Source: Candidatus Scalinduaceae bacterium (GTDB lineage Bacteria > Planctomycetota > Brocadiia > Brocadiales > Scalinduaceae). Taken from it: a DNA stretch of 64,000 nt. The translations under genes and the position numbers were made by a program. Positions 27,518-36,905 of this stretch are shown piece by piece (position 1 is the first letter of the stretch; the number at the start of each line of letters is the position of its first letter). The DNA lies in contig JBHICG010000003.1 in NCBI GenBank assembly GCA_046759445.1, positions 32,001 to 96,000 on the forward strand. Direction: 5' to 3'. The notes beneath the pieces were generated by a model. It ran no database searches, had not been told where the DNA came from, and saw nothing but the letters and a program-made list of their open reading frames with translations.

Positions 27518-30500
27518 CTAACTCAATAACTTAGTTAGTGAGCCAAGTTGTTGTGTCAAAAATGAACTTATTGATTGAAGTCTTGAAAGAGATATTTCTA
27601 GTTGAACAAATTGATTCTCTATCTTTATTTGTTCTAATGCTAAACGTCCTTCCATACCCTCAATTGTATCTTGTAGATTATCAACTGTTACTTGAATACC
27701 ATCCATCCTAATCGTGAGGAGACCATCAAATTGGTCAGTAAAGGAGTCAAGGTCGTTGTACATCTCCTCTCCAACTCCTATTGTCAGCTTTACGTTGCCC
27801 TTCGAGCCTGTGGTTGTAGAGGCAACATTTATCGAGAGCCCCCCAACACTTGTTGTGGATCCGGTATCACCGGTTAAGATCTGTCCTACACCGGTAGCAG
27901 CCTCGCCGTTTATGGTACCCGCAACATCGGCGCCAACGAAGGTACCGGCTGTTCCAGTGAGAGCGTTCATCTCAGTTATTGTAAAACCCTGAGCGCTTCC
28001 AAAGCTATCATGTGTGATTACGAGTTGATCGCTGCCATCTTTAGATGCCGTAATTTCCATTGCATATTTTCCAGTTATACCGCCTGTATTTGTTGTTAAT
28101 ACCGTCCCAAAGTCCAGATTACGTCCTGCAGGTTCTGTTATCGCAATTGAGAGTTGGCTGTCTCCAACTGTATTGTCTGTTAACACTATCTCTCCCGAGC
28201 TATTGATTGTGGCTGATATACTGTTACTATATGCGCTTTCTATTGCAGAAAGAAAACCTTGAACTGTATCTGTAGAGACGTCACTTATTGTATATGAACC
28301 ACTTATAGATAGTCCTGAACGTGTTGTTCCTGTAAAGGAAATTATATCACCATTTACCAAGTCGCTTGCGTCTCCACCTGTATTAATCTCAGAGAATTTT
28401 GTGCTGCTGGTTATTACACCTCCACCTGCGGCGGTGGTTTTAGAGTTGGCTACACTTCCAACAAGGGTTTGTGTGCGTTCTATATCGAGTTCCGAATTGA
28501 TGGCATTGACAATATTGTCTATAGAGCTGCCATTTTGTCCGGCGTTTCCATCAAGGGTTATGGTTGCAACCCTGCCAGTAGCGGTATCCGTAATCGTTAA
28601 TGTCTCGGTATTTCCTGCTCCTATTCCATTGGTAAGGATGTTTCCGGTCACGGTTGCCTGAGTAGCAACTGTGGTAATGTTAACTGCGTACTCGCCTGCT
28701 ATAGTATTTTTATTATGCCCTATAAACGTAATCTCGCTATTTGTTGCCGTACCTTCCGCAATAAACATCCTCTTGACGGCATTGAAGTCAGAGCTGATTG
28801 CTGACAGGAAATCACTATCTTTTAAAGACAACTTACCATTTACGTCAGAGGTTATTCCAATCAAAGAAAGGGCATTTGAACCACCTGGTAGTAAAGAAAT
28901 GGTGCTCGTAATTGTTGATTGAATAATACTCTTAATTGAAGATAAGAAGGTTTCACCTGAAAGGATACCAGCGCTTTCTGTTTCTTCATTAAACGTGAAT
29001 TGATCGTTTATAAATTCAATGACGCCGTTATAGGCAGATACAAAATCATTCACACTGGATTTAATGCTATCCGTATCTCTGGACACAGTCAGGTTTACGG
29101 TGGTGCCGTTTTCGATCCTTGATAAGTCTATGGTAACCCCGCTTATGACGTCATCAATTGAATTGGTACTTCGCGTAACGGCGACACCATCAATTTTTAC
29201 ATTTGCATCCTGCCCTGCCGTAGTTTGCATGGTGAAACCCTGGGTTGTTGCGGAGACAACGCCAAAATCAAGTGTACCACCACCCTCATTGTTAGTTATT
29301 ATGTCTACACTCAATTGACTATCTCCGGCAGTGTCGTCTGTTATCACAATCTGCCCTGTAGCATCTATTGTCGCACTGCCTGCAGTAAGGCCAAATACTG
29401 TTTCTATCTGTGTTAATAGTCCCTGAATAGTATCGGTATTTATATTGCTTATTGTATATGTCCCAGATACAGAATTTCCATTGTGGTCTGTTCCCGATAT
29501 AGTGATTGTATCATTATTCTGAACATTATTTAAACCTCCACCTGTATCTATATCATCAAATGTTGTACCGGAGTCGATTGCAAGTCCTGTAGAAACCTTT
29601 ATATTCGCTGTAGATGCCGTGTGAACTTCTGCGACGGAACTTTGCTGCCCTTCAAGGATACCTAAGGTTTCAAGTATATTATTGCTATCTGTAAAGGACG
29701 TGGTGCCGCTAATATCGATTCGGAAAGTAGTTACACCATTAGTAGTCGTACTCACAACGGAGGCTGTTCCTTTTGATGCTGCTGTAAGTGCAGTATTGAT
29801 ATTGCCGGCAATAGTAGATAGAGATTCGCTGGAAAGGTCTATAACGATGTTTTCACCCGCAATGGTTACAGTACCATTCTGAGCATTTGTCAAATTGAGT
29901 AGAGATTTAATAGTAGTTTCGCTGTTAGAGAATTCATCTGATTTAGCGCCATCACTTGTAGAGTTCTTAATTGTGGTACTGCCATTAGTAAGGCCTAGTG
30001 TTTGGAGTATGTTTGTGGCACCGGATGATGCATCGAGTATGCTGAATGAATCTTTACCTGTATTATCACTTGTAAGGATCAGGCGATTGTCTGTACTTGA
30101 GACAGAAAGTATGGTAGCCGTTACTCCCGTTGCATTAGAGCCAGAGTTGGCATTGTTAATCTTAGTGGCAATATCAGCAAGAGTGTCTGTTGTGATAACG
30201 GTTATTGCCTTACCGTTTATTACAAAATCACCTGAAAGATTTAGCGCCGTTGATGTGCTGCTATAACTCTGCGATGATAATTGTCTTGCCTGTGCTAATT
30301 GTGATGAAGATGTAAATTGTACCGTGTGGGTGCCAGGGCTTGCATCAGTTGTTGTTAAGACTGAGAGGAGGTCACTTGCCTTGAAATTAGTTGAGTTGGT
30401 TGATATTGCCGATTTAAAGACATTGAAAGTCTTACTATCTTTAAGTGTACTTGCCTTAGATTTGAAGTCTAATAACTGTGTGTTAAAGGATTGATAAGCC

Positions 30501-30637
30501 TTTAGTTTGTTACTCTGTGCGGTTTGGTTGTTAACAACTACATCGATACGTTTTCTGCTTATGGAGATAAGTTGTTGGATTAAGGTTGCAGTATCAAGGC
30601 CGGAAATCAAACCACCTATAGAACTTGTGCCAGGCAT
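27518..30637 (-). CDS. fliD: Flagellar filament cap FliD, unusually long (1039 aa)
   Basis: GLISGLDTATLIQQL N-terminus, GQDA..KIDG....RSTNSIDDVISGVT, C-terminal coiled coil. Confidence 0.95.
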   Translation of the reverse strand: MPGTSSIGGLISGLDTATLIQQLISISRKRIDVVVNNQTAQSNKLKAYQSFNTQLLDFKSKASTLKDSKTFNVFKSAISTNSTNFKASDLLSVLTTTDASPGTHTVQFTSSSQLAQARQLSSQSYSSTSTALNLSGDFVINGKAITVITTDTLADIATKINNANSGSNATGVTATILSVSSTDNRLILTSDNTGKDSFSILDASSGATNILQTLGLTNGSTTIKNSTSDGAKSDEFSNSETTIKSLLNLTNAQNGTVTIAGENIVIDLSSESLSTIAGNINTALTAASKGTASVVSTTTNGVTTFRIDISGTTSFTDSNNILETLGILEGQQSSVAEVHTASTANIKVSTGLAIDSGTTFDDIDTGGGLNNVQNNDTITISGTDHNGNSVSGTYTISNINTDTIQGLLTQIETVFGLTAGSATIDATGQIVITDDTAGDSQLSVDIITNNEGGGTLDFGVVSATTQGFTMQTTAGQDANVKIDGVAVTRSTNSIDDVISGVTIDLSRIENGTTVNLTVSRDTDSIKSSVNDFVSAYNGVIEFINDQFTFNEETESAGILSGETFLSSIKSIIQSTITSTISLLPGGSNALSLIGITSDVNGKLSLKDSDFLSAISSDFNAVKRMFIAEGTATNSEITFIGHNKNTIAGEYAVNITTVATQATVTGNILTNGIGAGNTETLTITDTATGRVATITLDGNAGQNGSSIDNIVNAINSELDIERTQTLVGSVANSKTTAAGGGVITSSTKFSEINTGGDASDLVNGDIISFTGTTRSGLSISGSYTISDVSTDTVQGFLSAIESAYSNSISATINSSGEIVLTDNTVGDSQLSIAITEPAGRNLDFGTVLTTNTGGITGKYAMEITASKDGSDQLVITHDSFGSAQGFTITEMNALTGTAGTFVGADVAGTINGEAATGVGQILTGDTGSTTSVGGLSINVASTTTGSKGNVKLTIGVGEEMYNDLDSFTDQFDGLLTIRMDGIQVTVDNLQDTIEGMEGRLALEQIKIENQFVQLEISLSRLQSISSFLTQQLGSLTKLLS

Positions 30638-30727
30638 TTAAACTCCCATACGTTTATTATGGATTGCAGATTTCGGATTAAGAGAAATGAATTCGAAAAC
30701 CACTTTCCAAGATTTTTAAATAATATT

Positions 30728-30961
30728 TTAAAGACAACTAATAGGGTGAAGTTCTCGTATTATCCCTTTTGGATGTGACGTATATTCGAACAAGTGTCTT
30801 GACCTATTTATCTTCTCAATTTCATATGCATATTCATTGGTTAATCTCTCTACTGCTGCCTTATTAGTCTTTTTTGCCTTTTCAATGTCTTCAGGAGTAG
30901 CATACCAGCAGTACCAATTAATAAAGTTTCTTTTTTCCTGTTCTTTTTCTATCCCAACCAT
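30728..30961 (-). CDS. Small hypothetical protein, first gene of the fliD operon
   Basis: AAAGGAGA SD 7 nt before the ATG at 30961. FINWYCWYATPEDI motif. Confidence 0.7.
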   Translation of the reverse strand: MVGIEKEQEKRNFINWYCWYATPEDIEKAKKTNKAAVERLTNEYAYEIEKINRSRHLFEYTSHPKGIIRELHPISCL

Positions 30962-30991
30962 AAGATTATCTCCTTTTTCCATTTTTGATAT

Positions 30992-31008
30992 CGCAATATT
31001 AGTACCAA
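30992..31008 (-). promoter_or_regulatory. Sigma54 promoter for the orf-fliD-fliS operon
   Basis: Minus strand TTGGTACTAATATTGCG, GG-N10-GC. Confidence 0.75.
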
Positions 31009-31152
31009 AAATTTATTAATTTTGTCTTAACTTATTGTTGTTACAAGACAATGACTTATAAATTGTTTATGACGTATCCGTTTTATACTAAAAAATTTAA
31101 CAGGTTAAAATTCACATGCAGTGGTAAATTTTTTCCCCTAACTTCAGAATTA

Positions 31153-31262
31153 GTCAAATTGTTAAATAGTTAAATGGTCGATTAGTATAATTCAAATACA
31201 TTTTGAAATTAGCTATTTATCTATTTAACGAATCAACCATTTAACCATTTAACTCTTTCACG
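31153..31262. repeat. Inverted arrays of an 8-bp tandem unit (AACCATTT-like) downstream of the four-helix bundle gene
   Basis: GTCAAATT GTTAAATA GTTAAATG, then AGCTATTT ATCTATTT AACGAATC AACCATTT AACCATTT AACTCTTT. Confidence 0.75.
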
Positions 31263-31263
31263 A

Positions 31264-31647
31264 TTATTCGTATTTTTTCCTATTCTTAAGATATTTTATG
31301 TAGCCATTGAGAATTATTATGGCTGTTTTTATTTCATCAATCATTTTTTCGGATTTGGTATTTTCCATATACTTACATTCTTCGGCTACGAGAATATGGT
31401 CTATCAACTCATAAAGTGATCCACGCGATTGTCTACAGAATTGTATGTTCTCTTGGTAATGAAATCGCCCGTATCCTTCTGCTATACAAGCTGTTGAAGA
31501 TCTTGATGCCCTGATCATTTGATCTGATAATCTGTGTTTTTCTTCTTTAGAAAAATTATTGCATAACTGCCAGACCTTCTTTCTTATGTCTCTACATCGT
31601 TGCCAAACTTCCAGATCACGAAAATCATTGTACTTCGATTCTGCCAT
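31264..31647 (-). CDS. Four-helix bundle protein (23S rRNA IVS-protein / Avd-like family)
   Basis: FRDLEVWQ, EEK..LSDQM.RA..S...IAEG.GR....E...F....RGSL.E. Confidence 0.92.
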   Translation of the reverse strand: MAESKYNDFRDLEVWQRCRDIRKKVWQLCNNFSKEEKHRLSDQMIRASRSSTACIAEGYGRFHYQENIQFCRQSRGSLYELIDHILVAEECKYMENTKSEKMIDEIKTAIIILNGYIKYLKNRKKYE

Positions 31648-31649
31648 TT

Positions 31650-31697
31650 AACCATTTCTCAATTTAACAATTCAGCTATTTGACCATTTAACGACAC
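31650..31697. repeat. 8-bp tandem array upstream of the four-helix bundle gene
   Basis: AACCATTT CTCAATTT AACAATTC AGCTATTT GACCATTT AACGACAC. Confidence 0.75.
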
Positions 31698-31709
31698 CAG
31701 TCTATGTAT

Positions 31710-31743
31710 AAAAAAGGGAGGGTGGTATATTACCACCCTCCCT
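31710..31743 (-). terminator. Intrinsic terminator of fliC
   Basis: Perfect stem AGGGAGGGTGGTA/TACCACCCTCCCT with a T-run on the minus strand. Confidence 0.9.
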
Positions 31744-31785
31744 GCTTACTTATATTGCAACAAACTTAATAAGCGTTTATGTTGC

Positions 31786-32922
31786 TTAACCAAGTAGACT
31801 CAATACTGCCTGCGGTGCAAGGTTGGCCTGTGCAAGCATTGCAGTACCTGCCTGAATCAATATCTGATTCTTGGTAAAGGAGACTGTCTCAAAAGCCAGA
31901 TCAGCATCACGAATGATAGATTCTGCGGCAGATAAGTTTTCAATGCTTGTAGCCAGGTTAGCGCTGGCGAATCCAAGCCTGTTTTGTGCAGAACCAATAT
32001 CTGCACGAGCATTTGCTACCGTGTCAATAGCATTATCAATCGTAGTTAAAGCGGTTTGTGCGCCAGATACTGTAGTGAGTGTTATATCTGCGGAACTGCC
32101 ACTATTTAGGACGGCTACATTCAGGTCTGCTAAGCTGATACCAATTCGGTTACTTCCTGCATTCTCAAATCCAACCTGGAATACGGATTGAGCAGAAGTT
32201 GAAGTGCTTATGGTGTCGGATACACCACCACCACCTGGGGTAGTTACTGATGTAAATCCGGCATCAACAGTAATCTTGATACCAAAAGATGAGAAATTTA
32301 GTGTCTCAGTGCTACCCTCTGCAGGTCCGCTAACTGTTAAGGTTTGAGAAACACTATTCTGCGTAATCTGTATAGTTTCATTTGTAGTATTAATGGCGAC
32401 TGTAAATTGGGTAGCAGAGGCAGCCTCGGAGGTGTCCACACCTACAACTCCACTGGTAGCTACCAAGTTACCAAAATCGCTAATCTGAACAGAACCGAAA
32501 TTTCCATCGATCAGGGTTCGCCCTGAAAATTTAGTTGAATTGGCGATTCGGTCAATTTCAGACTCAAGGTCAGTAACTTCATTGTTTATTTTTGTTCGGT
32601 CAGCAGATGTGGTGTTGGCAGATGCTGCCTGCGTTGCAAGCTCCTTCATCCTCTGTAAGATGTTAGTTATCTGATCTGCAGCGCCTTCTGCAACCTGTAG
32701 TAGCGAATTTGCCTGGCTTGCGTTATTAGCGCCCTGTCTTAAACTTAGAATCTGAGCTCTAAATCTCATTGAAACAGCAAGACCAGCAGCGTCATCTGAT
32801 GCCTTATTTATCTTGAAACCAGTTGATAGTCTTTCTAATGATCTTGTCAAATTGGCATCATTTATTACAAGAGCTCTATGTGTAGCTAGAGCAGCGATAT
32901 TATTTTGAATTCTTAAACCCAT
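31786..32922 (-). CDS. fliC: Flagellin
   Basis: LERLSTGFKINKASDDAAGLA, RA.IG..QNRL, S.IRDAD.A, MLAQAN..PQ.VLSLL. Confidence 0.98.
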   Translation of the reverse strand: MGLRIQNNIAALATHRALVINDANLTRSLERLSTGFKINKASDDAAGLAVSMRFRAQILSLRQGANNASQANSLLQVAEGAADQITNILQRMKELATQAASANTTSADRTKINNEVTDLESEIDRIANSTKFSGRTLIDGNFGSVQISDFGNLVATSGVVGVDTSEAASATQFTVAINTTNETIQITQNSVSQTLTVSGPAEGSTETLNFSSFGIKITVDAGFTSVTTPGGGGVSDTISTSTSAQSVFQVGFENAGSNRIGISLADLNVAVLNSGSSADITLTTVSGAQTALTTIDNAIDTVANARADIGSAQNRLGFASANLATSIENLSAAESIIRDADLAFETVSFTKNQILIQAGTAMLAQANLAPQAVLSLLG

Positions 32923-33140
32923 TTTATAATCCTCCTTGATTTTGTCTGAGACGTATTTCTGACGCTCAGAGCGATTAACAATATTAAATTTATACCCTGA
33001 TTTTGCATCCTTGCTAAATCAGTAAAAAATAAAACATGAACAAAGTTACTACCAAAAATCATTTCTTATTTTTCTATAATTCCTCACCTCCTTTTTATAA
33101 TGATGTTTTTAATCGACCTTAATGGGTAGTGCTTGTTACT
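32923..33140 (-). promoter_or_regulatory. Long fliC 5' leader with CsrA-type GGA hairpin sites
   Basis: Minus strand CTGATTTAGCAAGGATGCAAAATCAG hairpin with an AGGA loop. SD CAAGGAGGA. Extra AAAGGAGGTGA upstream. Confidence 0.65.
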
Positions 33141-33147
33141 GTAGAAA

Positions 33148-33174
33148 TTATCGGCAAGGAGGCAAGAGACTTTA
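33148..33174 (-). promoter_or_regulatory. Sigma28 promoter of fliC
   Basis: Minus strand TAAA-N15-GCCGATAA, exact consensus. Confidence 0.93.
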
Positions 33175-33443
33175 GGGGAAAATCCTGAAAAGCATAAGTA
33201 TTGTCATATTATTAAGTTATCGAAAATTGTGATTAGTAATCAGTGTTGCGATGCCGTTCAGCATTACCTTTTTAGGTTTAAAAACATACCTAAAGACTAA
33301 ACGTGTATCGTTATGCAGTGTTTTAAAATACGTAAGCATTCACGAGTAGAAAATATTAAGTAATATAACTGGAGTGAACTTTTGTGGCTACAAATAACAC
33401 ATGTGCGGGTTGTGTGTTGAGGAATTTCCTTTAATCGAAAATA

Positions 33444-33535
33444 GATTCCCGATCAGAGTCGTCGTGTGATTCTGCCTGTCCTTCGGACAGGCAGAATCAC
33501 CTAAGCAATTCCGCTGTTGCGGAATTGCCCTTGAC
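33444..33535. repeat. Composite ~90-bp palindromic element (second copy at 51441-51534)
   Basis: GATTCCCGATC..GTCGTCGTGTGATTCTGCCTGTCCTTCGGACAGG..GAATCA.CTAAGCAATTCCGCTGTTGCGGAATTGCC..TGAC. Confidence 0.9.
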
Positions 33536-34681
33536 AAGGATTTTGAAAAATTCTTCTGCACTTCTTTTCCATGTGAGTTGACTAAGGTCTTTTCCTGCCT
33601 GCAATCCAATATATCTCAGTTTCTCTCTGTTTTGATATGCCCATTCCAAATGGCCGATTGTTTCGTCTAGATCAGGGGCATCCCATGTGGCAAATATGTT
33701 TCCGTCTCTATAGATGCTCATTGGTTTTATTTGTTTTATCATAATTGAATTATTTGCATTGATAATGTCCTTATGACCACTACTATGAGACGCAATTGTT
33801 GGTTTGCCACATGCCATATATTCCATAAGAACGAGATTTGTGCCTCCTTCACAACGATTGGGGAATATGCCAATATCAGTGTTTTGATACATTCTTGCCA
33901 TTAAGGCATTATGACGGGGTGATAATGTGATAACTCGGTCCAAATCTATCCCGTTATCCTGAAGGGTCTTGTTCACTATCTCAATATAGTTATTTGATGT
34001 AATTTCAAACTTGATATGTGGAGAAGCAGCCATGGTTTTCATACTATCTGCCCAAAAATTAAACCATGAATTTACGAGCATTACGTCCTTATGTCTGTCT
34101 TGCAAAACTTTGTATGCTTTTATGACAATATCCTGTCCCTTGCGAAGTTCAAATTTGCCGCCTGAAAAAACCATAAAGTGGTCTCTGAAGAATTCTTTCT
34201 CCGAATAGGAAGAATTATACAGAAGTGGGTCTATTCCCTGGATTATGGTAGTTACTTTTTCAAGTCCATATTTTCTTAGCACTTCTTCACACCATTTTGA
34301 TCCCGTAATTATAATATCATAGTTATCCCTGCCGTTTTGAATATATCTTTGGTCAAGTATATTTTCTTCGAAGAAAGTATATCCTGCCTTGAAGGTACCT
34401 TTTAAATTTATTCCAAATGGTTGTAGGGTATGATCGTTTATGGCTTGTAAAACAGGATAATCTACATGTTTGAGTGTGCCGTTTTTTATTTTAAGGGCCT
34501 CAGCTTCTCCGATTAATTTACTTTTAAGGAAATGAAAATCAAACTCATCACCAATATCTTTGATGCTAAAATTGTCCGTGATATATTTTATGTTAGTGAT
34601 TTCAGATAACTCCTTTACGAGATACTTGCCGCAAATACCCCATCCGAAATTATTCCCTCTTGGTAGAATTAAATAAATCAT
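33497..34681 (-). CDS. GT4-like (GT-B) glycosyltransferase
   Basis: GGKFELRKG, FPNRCEGGTNLVLMEYMACGKP. Confidence 0.9.
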   Translation of the reverse strand: MIYLILPRGNNFGWGICGKYLVKELSEITNIKYITDNFSIKDIGDEFDFHFLKSKLIGEAEALKIKNGTLKHVDYPVLQAINDHTLQPFGINLKGTFKAGYTFFEENILDQRYIQNGRDNYDIIITGSKWCEEVLRKYGLEKVTTIIQGIDPLLYNSSYSEKEFFRDHFMVFSGGKFELRKGQDIVIKAYKVLQDRHKDVMLVNSWFNFWADSMKTMAASPHIKFEITSNNYIEIVNKTLQDNGIDLDRVITLSPRHNALMARMYQNTDIGIFPNRCEGGTNLVLMEYMACGKPTIASHSSGHKDIINANNSIMIKQIKPMSIYRDGNIFATWDAPDLDETIGHLEWAYQNREKLRYIGLQAGKDLSQLTWKRSAEEFFKILVKGNSATAELLR

Positions 34682-34736
34682 ATAAATTAGCTCCTTTCAC
34701 TCGCTAATTTAATGTATAGGAAATTCAATAATAGTT

Positions 34737-34854
34737 TCCCCCCACTTCTTGCTTTCGCAAGAAAGCAGTGGGGGGATAAAGGCCTGTCTGCCGACAGGTA
34801 GGGGTGTGTAAATATACCATTATACACACCCCCGGCCCCTCTTTTTAGAGGGGA
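34737..34854. repeat. Nested palindromic elements
   Basis: CCCCACTTCTTGCTTTCGCAAGAAAGCAGTGGGG, CCTGTCTGCCGACAGG and CCCCTCT..AGAGGGG. Confidence 0.85.
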
Positions 34855-36716
34855 GCTTGAAATTGTTGCCGAAGGCTTAAATCGTTGTTTTTTAAAACTG
34901 AAATAGCAATTTCAAAAGATGTGCTGGCAAGAAGTTCCTTTTGCTGTTTCGATAATGTTGTTCCTATATTTATGTAGATATTGCTTAAATCACTTATACT
35001 GTCAATTGTTACATTTCTGGGAAGATTAAGGCATTTCAACAATTCGTCACAACTCGCTACACAACTTTCCAGCTCATCGATGGACACATAAATCTTACTC
35101 AGGGCAAGATGAGACTCTATAAGGTATTTGTCCAACTTTAATGTATTCAAAAAACATTGCTTTGCCTTGACATAATTAGATTCACTTAAATATAGAGTGC
35201 CAAGCCTTATGATTACCTCTGGGTTTTCTGGTCTTATCGTTAATATGTCATTGTAAGTATCCCTTGCCTGATTAGTATTTCCTGCTCTCTCATATGCAAT
35301 GGCCAGATTAAACAAAGCGCCAATATGTTGTGGGTCTTTATTGGTAACTGATTTAAATGAATTGATTGATTTATCGAATTGGTTGTCCTTCAAAAGGAGA
35401 AGCCCCAGGCGATATTGTGCCAATATTTCATCTGGATAATCCTGAAGAATCTGTTTGAAATAAGCCAATGCTTTATCTGATGAACCGGATTTTTCATACA
35501 TTTCTGCAATATAGTATTGAATATCTTTGTTCTTGGGGTTATTTTTAAGTCCATCTTTAAGAAGTCTTTCTGCTAATCTGAATTTATTTTGTTCCATGAA
35601 GTATTTTCCGATTGCAAGGTAAGGCTCCCATGCATTGTTAGAACAGTTTACGGCATTCTTTAAGGCCTGAGACCCTTCGTTCTCTTTATCTAGTTGAAAG
35701 TAAACAATAGCCGTCCGTAAGTGAGCCTGCCAGGTGTGTTGGAGGGTATTATATGGTATAGCTAGGGCCGTGGTTGGATCTGATTCAATAGTTTTCAACA
35801 ATCTTAAGTACTTTTTTGTAGCCTCAATGCACTTACCATACTCTTTGTGTAGGAAATATATGGAAGATAATATACTATATGAGTCCAGATAATCAGGATA
35901 AAGATCAAGTGCCTTAAGGGCGTAATTTTCAGCATTGGTCAAATCTTTCTTACGATAAAAGGCAACGCTTACCGTATAGTAAGTGAGTAGCCTTAGCTGT
36001 GTATTGCTTTTTTGTAATTCGAATAGCCTAATTGCCTCGAGACCTTCTTTGATACATTCGTCATACCTATTCCTGTCCAGGCATGAAATTGCCAGATAAT
36101 GATGGGGAATCGGGTTCTTTGGATCATTCTTAATTTGTCCCTTTAAAAGGTTTGAGGTTCTTATAAATTTCCTTTCCATTTGATCTTCATCAAGATTGTA
36201 ACCGTAATGATACAGTTTTATATTCACCTTCTTAGTTGGTCCTGTGTATTTCAGGTTGTTGTGGACTATTCCTTCATAGTGGACGCCAAGATGATTTTTA
36301 AATATTCTTTCTGAATTGGCGACAGCAAGATTTTTGCTTCCATTAGTTTTGGCAAAGACTGGCAAAAAGATTACGTTTATTTTATTGTCTTTAATAACTT
36401 CCTTTAATTTGTGGGCATCTACATTGTCCACTTCCTCATCTGCATCGAGTATCAGAATCCAGTCCGAGTTTGCATACTTAAGTGAATAATTTCGTGCCTT
36501 GCTGAAACTGTTTTCCCACGCATGATGATAAATCTTTGCGCCATATTCTTTTGCAATTTCAACTGTGCTATCGGTTGACCCGGTATCCACAATGATTATC
36601 TCGTCCACATAATCCTTGACGCTTTCCAGACACGCAGGAAGAAACTGTTCTTCACTCTTTACTATCATACAGAGGGATAGAGTTGGATTGTTATTTCTCA
36701 TATTTAAGGAAATCAC
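34845..36716 (-). CDS. GT2 glycosyltransferase plus TPR repeats
   Basis: SLCMIVK.EE, VDTGSTD, ARN.SL, WILILDADE, HYGY, followed by TPRs. Confidence 0.92.
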   Translation of the reverse strand: MISLNMRNNNPTLSLCMIVKSEEQFLPACLESVKDYVDEIIIVDTGSTDSTVEIAKEYGAKIYHHAWENSFSKARNYSLKYANSDWILILDADEEVDNVDAHKLKEVIKDNKINVIFLPVFAKTNGSKNLAVANSERIFKNHLGVHYEGIVHNNLKYTGPTKKVNIKLYHYGYNLDEDQMERKFIRTSNLLKGQIKNDPKNPIPHHYLAISCLDRNRYDECIKEGLEAIRLFELQKSNTQLRLLTYYTVSVAFYRKKDLTNAENYALKALDLYPDYLDSYSILSSIYFLHKEYGKCIEATKKYLRLLKTIESDPTTALAIPYNTLQHTWQAHLRTAIVYFQLDKENEGSQALKNAVNCSNNAWEPYLAIGKYFMEQNKFRLAERLLKDGLKNNPKNKDIQYYIAEMYEKSGSSDKALAYFKQILQDYPDEILAQYRLGLLLLKDNQFDKSINSFKSVTNKDPQHIGALFNLAIAYERAGNTNQARDTYNDILTIRPENPEVIIRLGTLYLSESNYVKAKQCFLNTLKLDKYLIESHLALSKIYVSIDELESCVASCDELLKCLNLPRNVTIDSISDLSNIYINIGTTLSKQQKELLASTSFEIAISVLKNNDLSLRQQFQAPL

Positions 36717-36905
36717 CCTTTAGGCATTATCTTAGTTTAAAAGGCTAAAAATGTTAACTCCTTCTTTGCTACTAAGCTTTACGGAGTTAAGTCTTTAGAC
36801 TTTTATAATCTGCAAACTTTTATTAAAAGCTAAAGCCTTAATTCCAATTATCTATCTTTTTCTGCGATATTTAACTTACGTGACTATGATTCTCATATTA
36901 CTATA

